A stretch of 64,000 bases of DNA. It comes from Chloroflexota bacterium (lineage in GTDB: Bacteria > Chloroflexota > Anaerolineae > Anaerolineales > VGOW01). The first letter of the stretch is position 1. Every line of letters begins with the position of its first letter. The stretch spans positions 3,564 through 67,563 of the forward strand of contig VGOW01000013.1 in assembly GCA_016875735.1 (NCBI GenBank). Reading direction: 5' to 3'. Made by a program: the position numbers and the translations under genes. The notes under the pieces are model-generated. The model was given only the letters and a program-made list of their open reading frames with translations, was not told the origin of the DNA and ran no database searches. Positions 18,441 to 27,373 of the stretch are shown piece after piece.

Positions 18441-18452
18441 TGTTTTCGAGTC

Positions 18453-18458
18453 TATAAT
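18453..18458 (+). promoter_or_regulatory. Candidate -10 box TATAAT for the glycoside hydrolase gene (leadered, with SD)
   Basis: 'tctataatcctctgcaattcacaccGGAGGaaacccATG'. Confidence 0.4.
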
Positions 18459-18486
18459 CCTCTGCAATTCACACCGGAGGAAACCC

Positions 18487-20844
18487 ATGCCCAGCAAACT
18501 CGGCCCGCATTGTTTGAGACCCACGCGCTCGGCGCGCGAGATGATCGACGCCGGATGCCGGATCGTGAAATTAGTGGACGACTTTGGCCTTGCGCCGGAA
18601 TTGGCGAGCAAACCCGGCCTGACCCTCATTGGCCGAGTGTATGCTCATGACCCGCGCACCGCCGAAGAGCAGCGCGGCGAGGACCCTGAAGCCGCCGCCC
18701 GCCGCTTCGTCGATTCGCAAAAGGAAAAGTATCGGCTCAATCCGGCCATCAAAATTTGGGAAGGGCACAACGAGCCGGTGTGGGGAAGCCGCGAGGATAT
18801 GGAATGGTATGCGCGATTCGAAATCGCCCGGCTCAAAATTCTGGCCGACATGGGCCTGCGCGGAGTGATCGCCTGCTTTGCCACCGGCAGCCCGGGCGAC
18901 ATCGAACTGTGGAAGTGGTTCACCCCTGCCGTGCAGGCGGCCAAACAACAAAAGGGCATTCTGGGCCTGCACGAGTATTCCTCGCCGTGGGTGTGGTGGA
19001 TGTCCGGCAAGTTTCAAATGAATCCCAACGAAGACGCCCGCGATGAAGGCTGGACGACTCTGCGCTACCGCAAAATCATGCGCAACTACCTCAAGCCCGC
19101 CGGATGCGACGACGTGCCCATCGCCATCACCGAGTTCGGCCTCGACCGAGTCAGCCCGGTGCCGCAGGGCGCCTCCACCGGCAACTGGCGCACCAACGCC
19201 GATTGGTGGGGACAGTGGGACGGCTCGCGCGATCCGATTGACTATTGGCGCGGCGGCGGGCGCGACGCCGAGCAGTATTACGCCGAACAAATGATCTGGT
19301 ACGACAAAGAAATACGCAAAGACCCCAACGTGGTCGGCGCAACCATCTTCACCTTCGGATGGACAAACGATGCGTGGCGCGATTACGACATCGACGACAC
19401 GCGAGTCGCCTCGCACCTCAACGATTACATCCGCCGTGAAGCTAACGTGGCCGATAAAGCCGCCGCCGCGCCGACCCCGCCCGTCACCCAACCAACGAAC
19501 AACCAAATCACCCAACCACCCATCACCCCCCCCCAGCCCGTCATCATCGTCACCCCTCCGCCATCGGGGAGCGCCACCGTGGGCGGCAACCTCCTGCGCA
19601 ACGCAAACTTTGACGAAGGTCACTATCGCTGGCACGGCGTTCCCGAAATCGTCATCCCCAACGAATGGGATTTCTGGCACGCCGTCCATACCACCCCGCG
19701 CCTCGAACGGCAAGATCAAAACTTCGACCCGCCCGAATGCGTGGTGTGGCAGATCGCCGGAGCGCCCGCCGAAGAACGCTCACTCTTTTTCCTCAGCGGC
19801 GACTACTGCCTCAAAATCTTCAAAGGCTGGGGCGTAATCTGGTGGCGGCTCTTCCAAACCGTCAACGGCCTCACGCCCGGTCAACGCTACCGTTTCACCG
19901 CGCCCATCTATCCTGATCTGGTGATGGCCTATGAAGAGGGCAAAGGCAAAGTCTTCGCTGATGACCCGTTGGCCGGAGAAGTTCGATTGAGCGCGAAGAG
20001 CGGCGGCAAAGAAGTGGAGACGGGCTGGCTCGACGGAGCGAAATTCCCCTTCGGCAAATACACTCACTTCACCCTCGACTTCGTCGCCCAGAACGCCTCG
20101 GCCGAAGTCTCGCTCGAATGTCGGGGACGGTGGGGATTGATCAACAACGGCTGGTTCTGCGACTCGATGAAACTGGAAGCCATCGGCGCGGCCTCAACCC
20201 TTCAACCCGCCGGGACGCCGACACCACCGCGCTCCGGCAACCTTCTGCAAAACCCCGACTTCAGCGGCGGCACATTCCAGCCCAACTCGGCCATCCGCAA
20301 CATGGAAGCGCCCAACGGTTGGACGTTTTGGAACGCTACCGAGAACACGGCCAAAGTGGCCAAGCAAACCGAATCGTTCCGACCGCCGCGCGCCGGAGTG
20401 ATCACCCCGGCCAACGCGCAGGCCGACGATAAAGATGGACTCGTCGGCGGCATCCCGCGCGCCTATCGAGTCGTGGGCAATTGGCGCGCAGTGTGGTTCA
20501 GCCTCAGCCAAAAAGTGAGCGGGCTTGCGCCGGGCAAACGTTATCGCTTCACCGCGCAGATGATGCCCGACCCGGTGGAAAAATACGCGCCGCCGAACAA
20601 CGCCAAACAATTCGTGGCCGACCCCGACGGCGGCGAAGTGTGGCTTAAATCGCAGAGCAGTGGGCAGAAGACTGAAACGCACAAACGAGTCAACGCCGAC
20701 TTCAAGCCCGGCGGCTACGTCGCTTTCACTCACGAGTTCACTGCCGCCGCCGCCGAAGCCACCGTCACCCTCGAAGTCCGCGCCCGCTACGCCCTGACGC
20801 AGAACGCATGGTACATCGCCGAGGCAAGGGTGGAGGCGGTGTAG
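18487..20844 (+). CDS. Clan GH-A-like TIM-barrel glycoside hydrolase with Pro/Thr linker and two CBM4/9-like modules
   Basis: ATG at 18487 after GGAGG. 'WEGHNEP' and 'IAITEFG' resemble the clan GH-A acid/base and nucleophile motifs. Two roughly 190-aa modules start 'GNLLRNANFD' and 'GNLLQNPDFS'. No obvious signal peptide. Confidence 0.55.
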   Translation: MPSKLGPHCLRPTRSAREMIDAGCRIVKLVDDFGLAPELASKPGLTLIGRVYAHDPRTAEEQRGEDPEAAARRFVDSQKEKYRLNPAIKIWEGHNEPVWGSREDMEWYARFEIARLKILADMGLRGVIACFATGSPGDIELWKWFTPAVQAAKQQKGILGLHEYSSPWVWWMSGKFQMNPNEDARDEGWTTLRYRKIMRNYLKPAGCDDVPIAITEFGLDRVSPVPQGASTGNWRTNADWWGQWDGSRDPIDYWRGGGRDAEQYYAEQMIWYDKEIRKDPNVVGATIFTFGWTNDAWRDYDIDDTRVASHLNDYIRREANVADKAAAAPTPPVTQPTNNQITQPPITPPQPVIIVTPPPSGSATVGGNLLRNANFDEGHYRWHGVPEIVIPNEWDFWHAVHTTPRLERQDQNFDPPECVVWQIAGAPAEERSLFFLSGDYCLKIFKGWGVIWWRLFQTVNGLTPGQRYRFTAPIYPDLVMAYEEGKGKVFADDPLAGEVRLSAKSGGKEVETGWLDGAKFPFGKYTHFTLDFVAQNASAEVSLECRGRWGLINNGWFCDSMKLEAIGAASTLQPAGTPTPPRSGNLLQNPDFSGGTFQPNSAIRNMEAPNGWTFWNATENTAKVAKQTESFRPPRAGVITPANAQADDKDGLVGGIPRAYRVVGNWRAVWFSLSQKVSGLAPGKRYRFTAQMMPDPVEKYAPPNNAKQFVADPDGGEVWLKSQSSGQKTETHKRVNADFKPGGYVAFTHEFTAAAAEATVTLEVRARYALTQNAWYIAEARVEAV
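19485..19526. repeat. Heptamer-like words ('ccaacca' family) encoding the P/T/Q linker
   Basis: 'cacccaaccaacgaacaaccaaatcacccaaccacccatcac' (PVTQPTNNQITQPPIT). Confidence 0.5.
20778..20844 (+). repeat. 67-bp direct repeat, copy A (functional 3' end of the GH gene)
   Basis: 60/67 identity to 21443-21509. The first 34 nt are identical. Both copies end in TAG. Confidence 0.9.
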
Positions 20845-20890
20845 TTGCGACATCCCAACGCTCGAAGGCATTCGAGATATTAAGATTGCT

Positions 20891-21151
20891 ATGCCAACTA
20901 TCTGCATCTTTGACGGCATCAAAATCCTGATGTATTATCGTGATCACCTGCCGCCGCACTTTCACGCCGAGCGCGCAGACGAAGCCGCCGAAATCGGGAT
21001 CGACCCGATCATGATTTTGGAGGGCGAACTCGGGCGGGTCACTCGCGCAAAAGTGTTCGAGTGGGCGGCCATCCATCAGCCCGAGCTTCGCGCCAATTGG
21101 GAACTTGCCCGCGCTGGTTTACCGTTGCGACAAATCGAGCCGCTGGACTGA
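20891..21151 (+). CDS. DUF4160 family protein
   Basis: 86 aa. 'MPTICIFDGIKILMYYRDHLPPHFHAE...ELRANWELA' is a typical DUF4160 pattern. Confidence 0.8.
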   Translation: MPTICIFDGIKILMYYRDHLPPHFHAERADEAAEIGIDPIMILEGELGRVTRAKVFEWAAIHQPELRANWELARAGLPLRQIEPLD

Positions 21152-21165
21152 AGGGAATTGCTGCC

Positions 21166-21432
21166 ATGATCATTCACATCACCGAAGTCAAGGTCGTTGG
21201 CCCGTATTCGCTCGATTTGGCATTCGACAATGGCCTGCGTAGGCGAGTCAATCTGCGCCGAGAATTGTATGGCCCGATCTTTGAGCCTCTGCGCGACCCG
21301 GCTTACTTTGCTCAAGTGTTCGTTGACCCGACCTCGCGCACGATCTCTTGGCCCAACGGCGCGGACTTCGCCCCAGACTTTCTGAGTCAGATGGAGCCAG
21401 AGGAAACCTCTGCGGAGACGATTGCCCAATAA
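21166..21432 (+). CDS. DUF2442 family protein
   Basis: 88 aa from 'MIIHITEVKVVGPYSLDLAFDNG...ISWPNGADFAPDFL'. Usual partner of DUF4160. Confidence 0.8.
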   Translation: MIIHITEVKVVGPYSLDLAFDNGLRRRVNLRRELYGPIFEPLRDPAYFAQVFVDPTSRTISWPNGADFAPDFLSQMEPEETSAETIAQ

Positions 21433-21442
21433 CCACTGCACG

Positions 21443-21509
21443 CCGCGCCCGCTACGCCCTGACGCAGAACGCATGGCACATCGCCGAAGCGAGAGTGGAA
21501 GCGATCTAG
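21443..21509 (+). repeat. 67-bp direct repeat, copy B (orphan copy of the GH gene 3' end)
   Basis: Encodes 'ARYALTQNAWHIAEARVEAI*' versus the functional 'ARYALTQNAWYIAEARVEAV*'. Followed by a typical gene-end hairpin. Confidence 0.9.
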
Positions 21510-21521
21510 CGCATCGGAATG

Positions 21522-21592
21522 TTCTCACCGCAGAGACACAGAGAATGCAGAGAAAAATAGAATCTCTGTGGGCTCCGTGTCTCCGCGGTTAA
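21522..21592. repeat. Word hairpin ('gcagaga' family)
   Basis: 'ttctcaccgcagagacacagagaatgcagag ... ctctgtgggctccgtgtctccgcggttaa'. Confidence 0.75.
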
Positions 21593-21608
21593 TGTCCTCC
21601 CTTCAATC

Positions 21609-22961
21609 ATGATCACGATCAATCGCTCCCGCCTCCAAACTCTCCTCGCCCGCGAAAACGATCTCTTCACTCAGCAACATCCCAAATCGAAAGCCCTCTT
21701 CGAGCGCGCAACGGCCAGCCTGCTCAACGGCGTGCCCATGAATTGGATGGTGCGCTGGGCCGGGCCGTTCCCGGTGTTCGTCGACTCGGCATCGGGCGCG
21801 CACTTCACCGACGTGGACGGCAATCGTTATCTCGATCTGTGTCTCGGCGACACGGGGGCGATGACCGGCCACGCGCCGCCAGCCACAGTGGACGCCGTCA
21901 CTGCGCAAGCGCGCAACGGCCTCACGTACATGCTCCCCACCGAAGATGCGATCTGGGTGGGCGAAGAACTCAAGCGCCGCTTCGGCTTGCCGTATTGGCA
22001 GATTGCGATGACCGCCACCGACGCCAATCGTTTTTCGATCCGGCTCGCGCGGCAGATCACCGGGCGCAAATTGATCCTCGTTTACAACTGGTGTTATCAC
22101 GGCACGGTGGATGAAACTTTCGTCACGTTGAACGACGGCGTACCCGGCCCGCGCCCCGGCAACATCGGCCCGGCAGTGAACCCGGCGACGACGACGCGGG
22201 TGATCGAGTTCAACGACATCGCCGCCCTCGAAGCCGCGCTCGAACCGTGTGATGTGGCGTGCGTGCTGGCCGAACCGGCCATGACCAACATCGGCATCAT
22301 CCACCCTGACCCCGGCTATCACGAGGCCCTGCGCGAGATCACCCGGCGCACCGGCACATTGCTCATCATCGACGAGACGCACACCATTTGCGCCGGGCCG
22401 GGCGGCTACACCCGCGCCCACACCCTCCAGCCCGATATGCTCACCATCGGCAAGCCCATCGCGGGCGGCTTCCCGGCGGCGGCCTACGGCTTCAGCGACT
22501 CGGTGGCCGAACGCATCCGCGCCAACGAAGATCGCGAAAACGCCGACGTGGGCGGCATCGGCGGCACGCTGTCGGCGAATGCGCTGGCTCTGGCCGCCAT
22601 CCGCGCTACGCTCGGCAACGTCCTCACCGAGTCGGCTTACGAGAAAATGATCCCGCTCGCCGAGCGATTCGAATCAGGCGTGCAATCGGTGATTGACGAA
22701 TTTCAACTGCCATGGATCGTCAAACGACTTGGATGTCGGGCCGAATACTGGTTTCGTCCCGCGCCCCCGCGCAACGGCGGAGAGGCGGCCGCCGCCGCCG
22801 ATCCCGAACTCGACCGCTACATGCACCTCTTCGCTTTGAATCGCGGCATCCTCATGACCCCATTCCATAACATGGCCCTCATCGCCCCCGACACGACGGA
22901 CGCCGACATTGATTGCCACACCAGCGTGTTCCGCGCCGCGGTCCAAACCTTGATCGATTGA
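21609..22961 (+). CDS. Class III (GSA-aminomutase-like) PLP-dependent aminotransferase
   Basis: 450 aa. 'IIDETHT', 'TIGKPIAGGFP' (PLP lysine context). Confidence 0.8.
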   Translation: MITINRSRLQTLLARENDLFTQQHPKSKALFERATASLLNGVPMNWMVRWAGPFPVFVDSASGAHFTDVDGNRYLDLCLGDTGAMTGHAPPATVDAVTAQARNGLTYMLPTEDAIWVGEELKRRFGLPYWQIAMTATDANRFSIRLARQITGRKLILVYNWCYHGTVDETFVTLNDGVPGPRPGNIGPAVNPATTTRVIEFNDIAALEAALEPCDVACVLAEPAMTNIGIIHPDPGYHEALREITRRTGTLLIIDETHTICAGPGGYTRAHTLQPDMLTIGKPIAGGFPAAAYGFSDSVAERIRANEDRENADVGGIGGTLSANALALAAIRATLGNVLTESAYEKMIPLAERFESGVQSVIDEFQLPWIVKRLGCRAEYWFRPAPPRNGGEAAAAADPELDRYMHLFALNRGILMTPFHNMALIAPDTTDADIDCHTSVFRAAVQTLID

Positions 22962-22962
22962 T

Positions 22963-23033
22963 TTCACCGCAGAGATCGCCGAGCACGCAGAGATTCAAAT
23001 CACCTCCGCGATCTCTGCGCGCCCTGCGGTGAT
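22963..23033. repeat. Word hairpin ('gcagaga' family)
   Basis: 'ttcaccgcagagatcgccgagcacgcagagat ... gcgatctctgcgcgccctgcggtga'. Confidence 0.75.
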
Positions 23034-23038
23034 AAAAT
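23030..23038 (+). promoter_or_regulatory. Extended -10 (TGATAAAAT) 6 nt upstream of ATG: candidate leaderless promoter
   Basis: 'tgataaaat gttgcc ATG' with ATG at 23045. Confidence 0.4.
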
Positions 23039-23044
23039 GTTGCC

Positions 23045-23950
23045 ATGCCCTCGAAGCAACGCACCCCCAAACAGTTCCGCGAACGCGGCGTCGAGATACC
23101 GCTCGCGCCCATTTATGAAAAACTAGAACGCGACACGATCGACTCCATCGAGCCGCTGTGGAAGAAATACCCCAAAGCGTCAACGATGTGGGATTTGCTC
23201 GCCACTGATCCGGAGACTCGCGCCAACTTGGATATGGCGAACTACCTCACCGTGAGCAAGATGGCCTACAACGATCACGGCGAGACTCATGCGCGCATCG
23301 TGGCCGCCAACGGCTTGCTCATCTACGATTTGCTAGTCAGCGCGCGCATCGCCCCCGATGTGGCGCGTTCGGGCGCGGGCGACGAAGACGACGCTTGCGC
23401 GGTGATCGTGGCCGCCTGCTTTTTGCACGACATCGGCAATCAAGTGAACCGGCAGGGGCACGAACTGATGGGCGCAGTGATGGCCCGCCCCGTGCTCGAC
23501 CGCCTCATGCCGCAGCTCTACCCCGATGTGGAGCGCCGGGTCGAACTGCGGGCGTTCATTCTGCACGCCATCCACTCGCACGACCTCAACCCGCCGCCGC
23601 TCACCTTCGAGGGCGCGGTGGTGGCCCTCGCCGACGGCACCGACGTGACCAAAGGCCGCGGACGCGCCTCGTTCGATCTCGGCAAAGTGGACATTCATTC
23701 CGTGTCGGCGCTGGCCATTGACGAAGTGAAGATCGCTCGCGGCGAAAAGCGCCCGGTGGAGATCATCGTGACGCTGAACAACTCGGCCGGCATCTTTCAG
23801 ATCGAAGACACCCTCACCCGCCGGTTGCGGAACAGCCCCCTCGCCCCGCACGTCACCGTCGTCGCCGTCACCCACCCGGTGGAGGCCGACACCGACACGC
23901 GCATCCTCAAACGACTCTACTTCGAGAACGGCGAATTCCAGAATGAATAG
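23045..23950 (+). CDS. HD-domain phosphohydrolase
   Basis: 301 aa. 'HGETHARIV' ... 'ACFLHDIGN' HD signature. Confidence 0.7.
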   Translation: MPSKQRTPKQFRERGVEIPLAPIYEKLERDTIDSIEPLWKKYPKASTMWDLLATDPETRANLDMANYLTVSKMAYNDHGETHARIVAANGLLIYDLLVSARIAPDVARSGAGDEDDACAVIVAACFLHDIGNQVNRQGHELMGAVMARPVLDRLMPQLYPDVERRVELRAFILHAIHSHDLNPPPLTFEGAVVALADGTDVTKGRGRASFDLGKVDIHSVSALAIDEVKIARGEKRPVEIIVTLNNSAGIFQIEDTLTRRLRNSPLAPHVTVVAVTHPVEADTDTRILKRLYFENGEFQNE

Positions 23951-23990
23951 CGTTCAGCCGCTGAGTGCTGATGGCTGAACGCTGAACGCT
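23949..23990. repeat. Word hairpin ('gttcagc' type)
   Basis: 'agcgttcagcc gctgagtgctgat ggctgaacgctgaacgct'. Confidence 0.7.
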
Positions 23991-23993
23991 TCC

Positions 23994-24914
23994 ATGTTTG
24001 AAATCCTCTTCCTCGGCACCTCGGCCTCCGCGCCCTCCGTTCATCGCGGACTCTCGTCGCAAGTGATCATGCACAACGAGCACCGGTTCCTCGTGGATTG
24101 CGGCGAAGGCACCCAGCGGCAGATTCTCCAAAGTGGGGTGGGCTTCAAACGCCTCAACCGAATCCTGCTCACGCACGGGCATCTCGATCACATTCTCGGC
24201 CTCGCCGGATTGCTATCCACCTTCATGCGCTGGGAGACGATTGACTATCTGCAAATCTATGCTGGCAAGTCGGCGCTGGAACGCGTGCGCGATCTGTTGC
24301 ACAACATCGTTCTGCGCGGAGCCAAAGCGCCCATGCCCATCGAGTTTGTGGAACTGAAGCCCGGCCTGCTTTTCGACGAAGACGACTTCACCGTCACCGC
24401 CTTCCCCGTTCAGCATCGCGGCTCCGATTGCTACGGCTTCGCCTTCGAGGAAAAATCGCGCCGCCCGTTTCTCAACGATCGGGCCACGGAACTCGGCGTC
24501 CCTTTCGGCCCGGAGCGCAAACAGCTCGTTGGCGGCGGCTCGATCACGCTGGCTGATGGCCGCATCATTCACCCCGACGATGTGTTGGGCGAGACTCAGC
24601 GCGGTGTCAAGTTTGTCTTCATTGCCGACGCGGGGCGCACACACGATCTGTTGAGTGTGTGCCGCGACGCGGATGCGATGGTGATCGAGGCCACTTACCT
24701 CGACATGGAAGCCGACATGGCTCGCCAGTTTGGGCATCTCACTGCCAAACAAGCGGCCACGCTCGCTCGCGATGCCGGGGTGGGACACCTCTACCTGACC
24801 CATATCTCGCGGCGCTATCGTGAGCGCGATGTGATTGACGAAGCCCGCGCCGTGTTCCCCAACACCACCGTCGTGCGTGACTTCGACCATCACACTATTT
24901 CACGACAAAAGTAG
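23994..24914 (+). CDS. rnz: Ribonuclease Z
   Basis: 306 aa. 'MFEILFLGTSASAP', 'LTHGHLDHILGL' metallo-beta-lactamase motif. Confidence 0.9.
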   Translation: MFEILFLGTSASAPSVHRGLSSQVIMHNEHRFLVDCGEGTQRQILQSGVGFKRLNRILLTHGHLDHILGLAGLLSTFMRWETIDYLQIYAGKSALERVRDLLHNIVLRGAKAPMPIEFVELKPGLLFDEDDFTVTAFPVQHRGSDCYGFAFEEKSRRPFLNDRATELGVPFGPERKQLVGGGSITLADGRIIHPDDVLGETQRGVKFVFIADAGRTHDLLSVCRDADAMVIEATYLDMEADMARQFGHLTAKQAATLARDAGVGHLYLTHISRRYRERDVIDEARAVFPNTTVVRDFDHHTISRQK

Positions 24915-24989
24915 GCGCAATCGCGGGCAAGTTGCTATTCGATACATTTGCCTATTTACCCCTCGCCAAAAACAGCGTAAAGTGTTCGC

Positions 24990-25382
24990 ATGGCGCGACG
25001 GATATTGTTGGTGGACGATGAACCGGAAATGCTCATTTTGCTGGAACTGACTCTGAGCATTGCGGGATACGAGATCGCCAAAACTGACAAGGGAACGAAG
25101 ACCTGCGATCTCATTGCCGAGTTTGATCCTCACATCGTCATTCTCGACCTCATGATGCCCGACCTCTCTGGCATCGAAGTTCTGCGCGGCATCAAACAGC
25201 GTTTTGCCAACCCGCCGGAAGTGATCATCCTCTCGGCGCGCACCGGCTTCAGCGATATTGTGGCCGGCAGAGAGGCAGGCGCATTCACTTACATTTTCAA
25301 GCCAGTGACGCGGGGCAAACTGTTGGATGCCATCGAGTCGGCGATGATATACCGCTCACAGCAAGAGCAGAATGGCAAATGA
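24990..25382 (+). CDS. Stand-alone response-regulator receiver domain (CheY-like)
   Basis: 130 aa. 'ILLVDDEPE', 'ILDLMMPDLSG', 'IFKP'. Confidence 0.85.
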   Translation: MARRILLVDDEPEMLILLELTLSIAGYEIAKTDKGTKTCDLIAEFDPHIVILDLMMPDLSGIEVLRGIKQRFANPPEVIILSARTGFSDIVAGREAGAFTYIFKPVTRGKLLDAIESAMIYRSQQEQNGK

Positions 25383-25420
25383 AAGACGCTCCCACGGGAG
25401 CGTCTTTTCGTTCGACCCGG

Positions 25421-26650
25421 TCACCAACCTTTGCTCTTCAGCAGCCTTTCGATTCGCTCGCACACCGACTCGGCCACTTCGGCTTTGCTCATCAGCGGCA
25501 GTTCGCTTGCGCCCCCGCCCGCATCCACAATCGTCACCCGGTTCGTGTCCACAAAAAAACCGGCGTCGGCCGCCGACACATCGTTGGCGACAATGAGAGA
25601 GAGTTTCTTCTTGAAAACTTTCTCGCGCGCATTCTCGATCAAGCTTTGAGTCTCGGCGGCGAAGCCCACCGTGAGAGTCGGCTTCCCCGTGCGCTCTTTC
25701 TGCTCGGCCACCGCCATCAAAATATCCACCGTCTTCGTCAATCGCAAATCGTAGCCGTTCGACGCGCCGCGTTTGATCTTCTGCTCCGATTCGCTTTCGG
25801 GCTTAAAGTCGGCCACCGCCGCAGCCATGATCAGCGCATCGGCGTCGGCGCACGCTTTCAGCACCGCCTCGGCCATCTCGGCCGCGCTGCGCACATTCAC
25901 CGCCACTGCGCCCACCACCGGCGGCAGGCTGTTCGGCCCGGCGATCAATGTGACCTCTGCGCCGCGATCCAGCGCCGCTTGCGCGATGGCATACCCCTGC
26001 TTGCCCGATGAATGATTCGAGATGAAGCGCACCGGGTCGAGCGCCTCTTGCGTTCCCCCGGCGGTGACGACGACTCTGCGCCCGGCCAGCGGGCCGCCTC
26101 GGCCCAACGCCAACCGGATGTGCCCCAGCAGTTCATTCGGCTCCACCATCCGGCCTTTGCCCATCAGCCCGCTCGCCATTCGGCCCTCCGCCGGCCCGAT
26201 CACTGTCACGTCTCTTTCGATCAGCGTTCGCAGATTCGCTTGCGTGGCCGAATGCTCGAACATGCCGCCATCCATTGCCGGCGCGACGAGGATGGGGCAT
26301 CGCGCCGCCAGCGCGGTGAGCGTGAGCAGATCGTTCGCCAGCCCGTGCGCCATTTTGGCGATGGCGTCAGCAGTGGCTGGAGCGATCACCAGCAGTTCTG
26401 CCGACTCGCCCAGCCCAACGTGAATCACGTGCGCGTCGTCGCCCCACAGATCGGTGTGCGCCTTGCGCCCGGTGACGGATTGAAAGGTGAGGGGCGCGAT
26501 GAATTTCGTGGCCGACTCGGTGAGGATGACATCGACGTGCGCTCCGGCCTGCGCGAGTTTGCTGGCAAGGTCGGCGGCTTTGTAGGCGGCAATGGAGCCG
26601 GTAACGCCGAGCAGGAGTCGTTTGCCGCGAAGAATGGGGGCGGGGGTCAT
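25421..26650 (-). CDS. coaBC: Bifunctional phosphopantothenoylcysteine decarboxylase / phosphopantothenate-cysteine ligase
   Basis: 409 aa. 'GVTGSIAAYKA', 'ISNHSSGKQG'. Confidence 0.92.
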   Translation of the reverse strand: MTPAPILRGKRLLLGVTGSIAAYKAADLASKLAQAGAHVDVILTESATKFIAPLTFQSVTGRKAHTDLWGDDAHVIHVGLGESAELLVIAPATADAIAKMAHGLANDLLTLTALAARCPILVAPAMDGGMFEHSATQANLRTLIERDVTVIGPAEGRMASGLMGKGRMVEPNELLGHIRLALGRGGPLAGRRVVVTAGGTQEALDPVRFISNHSSGKQGYAIAQAALDRGAEVTLIAGPNSLPPVVGAVAVNVRSAAEMAEAVLKACADADALIMAAAVADFKPESESEQKIKRGASNGYDLRLTKTVDILMAVAEQKERTGKPTLTVGFAAETQSLIENAREKVFKKKLSLIVANDVSAADAGFFVDTNRVTIVDAGGGASELPLMSKAEVAESVCERIERLLKSKGW

Positions 26651-26667
26651 GTCGTAATGAGAAGAGC

Positions 26668-26750
26668 GTGGAGGGTGAGGCGTGGGGCGTGAAGCGAATC
26701 TATCGGGTTTCGCCCCACACCCGACGCTTCACGCATTACGCTTCACGCCT
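26668..26750. repeat. Word hairpin ('gcgtgaa' family) overlapping the methyltransferase stop
   Basis: 'gtgaggcgtggggcgtgaagcg ... cgccccacacccgacgcttcacgcattacgcttcacgcc'. Confidence 0.75.
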
Positions 26751-27373
26751 TTCGCCAACAGCGCCAGCCCGCCGCCAACTTTTTCCACGCACTCGAACTG
26801 AGTGAGCCCGGCGGCGGCGAACAATGCGCGCGCATCATCGGCGCTGAGGCGGCGATGCGATTCGGCGGCGCGCGCCCAATTGACGAGCGACACGCGGGCC
26901 ACGCCGTCGAGTTGGCGCTCATCGGCCAGCGACTCGGCGGCGGCGAGAGTGAGGTTCGGCGAAGGGTTGAGCATGACGACAATGCCGCCCGGTTTGATCA
27001 CGCGGGCCATTTCGCGCAGGCCCACCGCCGGATCGTGAATGAGGAAAAGGACGTTGGTCGCCAACGCCGCATCGAACGATCCATCCTCGAAGCGCAGTTT
27101 TTGGACGTTGCCGATCTCGAAAGTGACGCCGCCGATTCCGGTGGCGAGATACTGAGCGCGATCCACCATCAGCGGGTCGGCGTCAACGCCGATCACCGTG
27201 TGCCCGTCGCGCGCCAAGTGGCGGGCCAACGCGCCGGGGCCGCAACCCACATCGAGCGCGCGCGAATGCGGCGGCAGGGCGGCGAACCGGGCAAAGGATT
27301 GGAGAATGGCCTCCCAACCCGGAGTCGATTGCACTTGAGAGAAATAGTCGGCGAAGGATGGTTCACTGTTCAT
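26729..27373 (-). CDS. Class I SAM-dependent methyltransferase
   Basis: Start at 'MNSEPSF' (27373), forming an ATGA overlap with the coaX stop. 'ALDVGCGPGAL'. The track's 345-aa form overlaps coaX and is rejected. Confidence 0.75.
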   Translation of the reverse strand: MNSEPSFADYFSQVQSTPGWEAILQSFARFAALPPHSRALDVGCGPGALARHLARDGHTVIGVDADPLMVDRAQYLATGIGGVTFEIGNVQKLRFEDGSFDAALATNVLFLIHDPAVGLREMARVIKPGGIVVMLNPSPNLTLAAAESLADERQLDGVARVSLVNWARAAESHRRLSADDARALFAAAGLTQFECVEKVGGGLALLAKGVKRNA

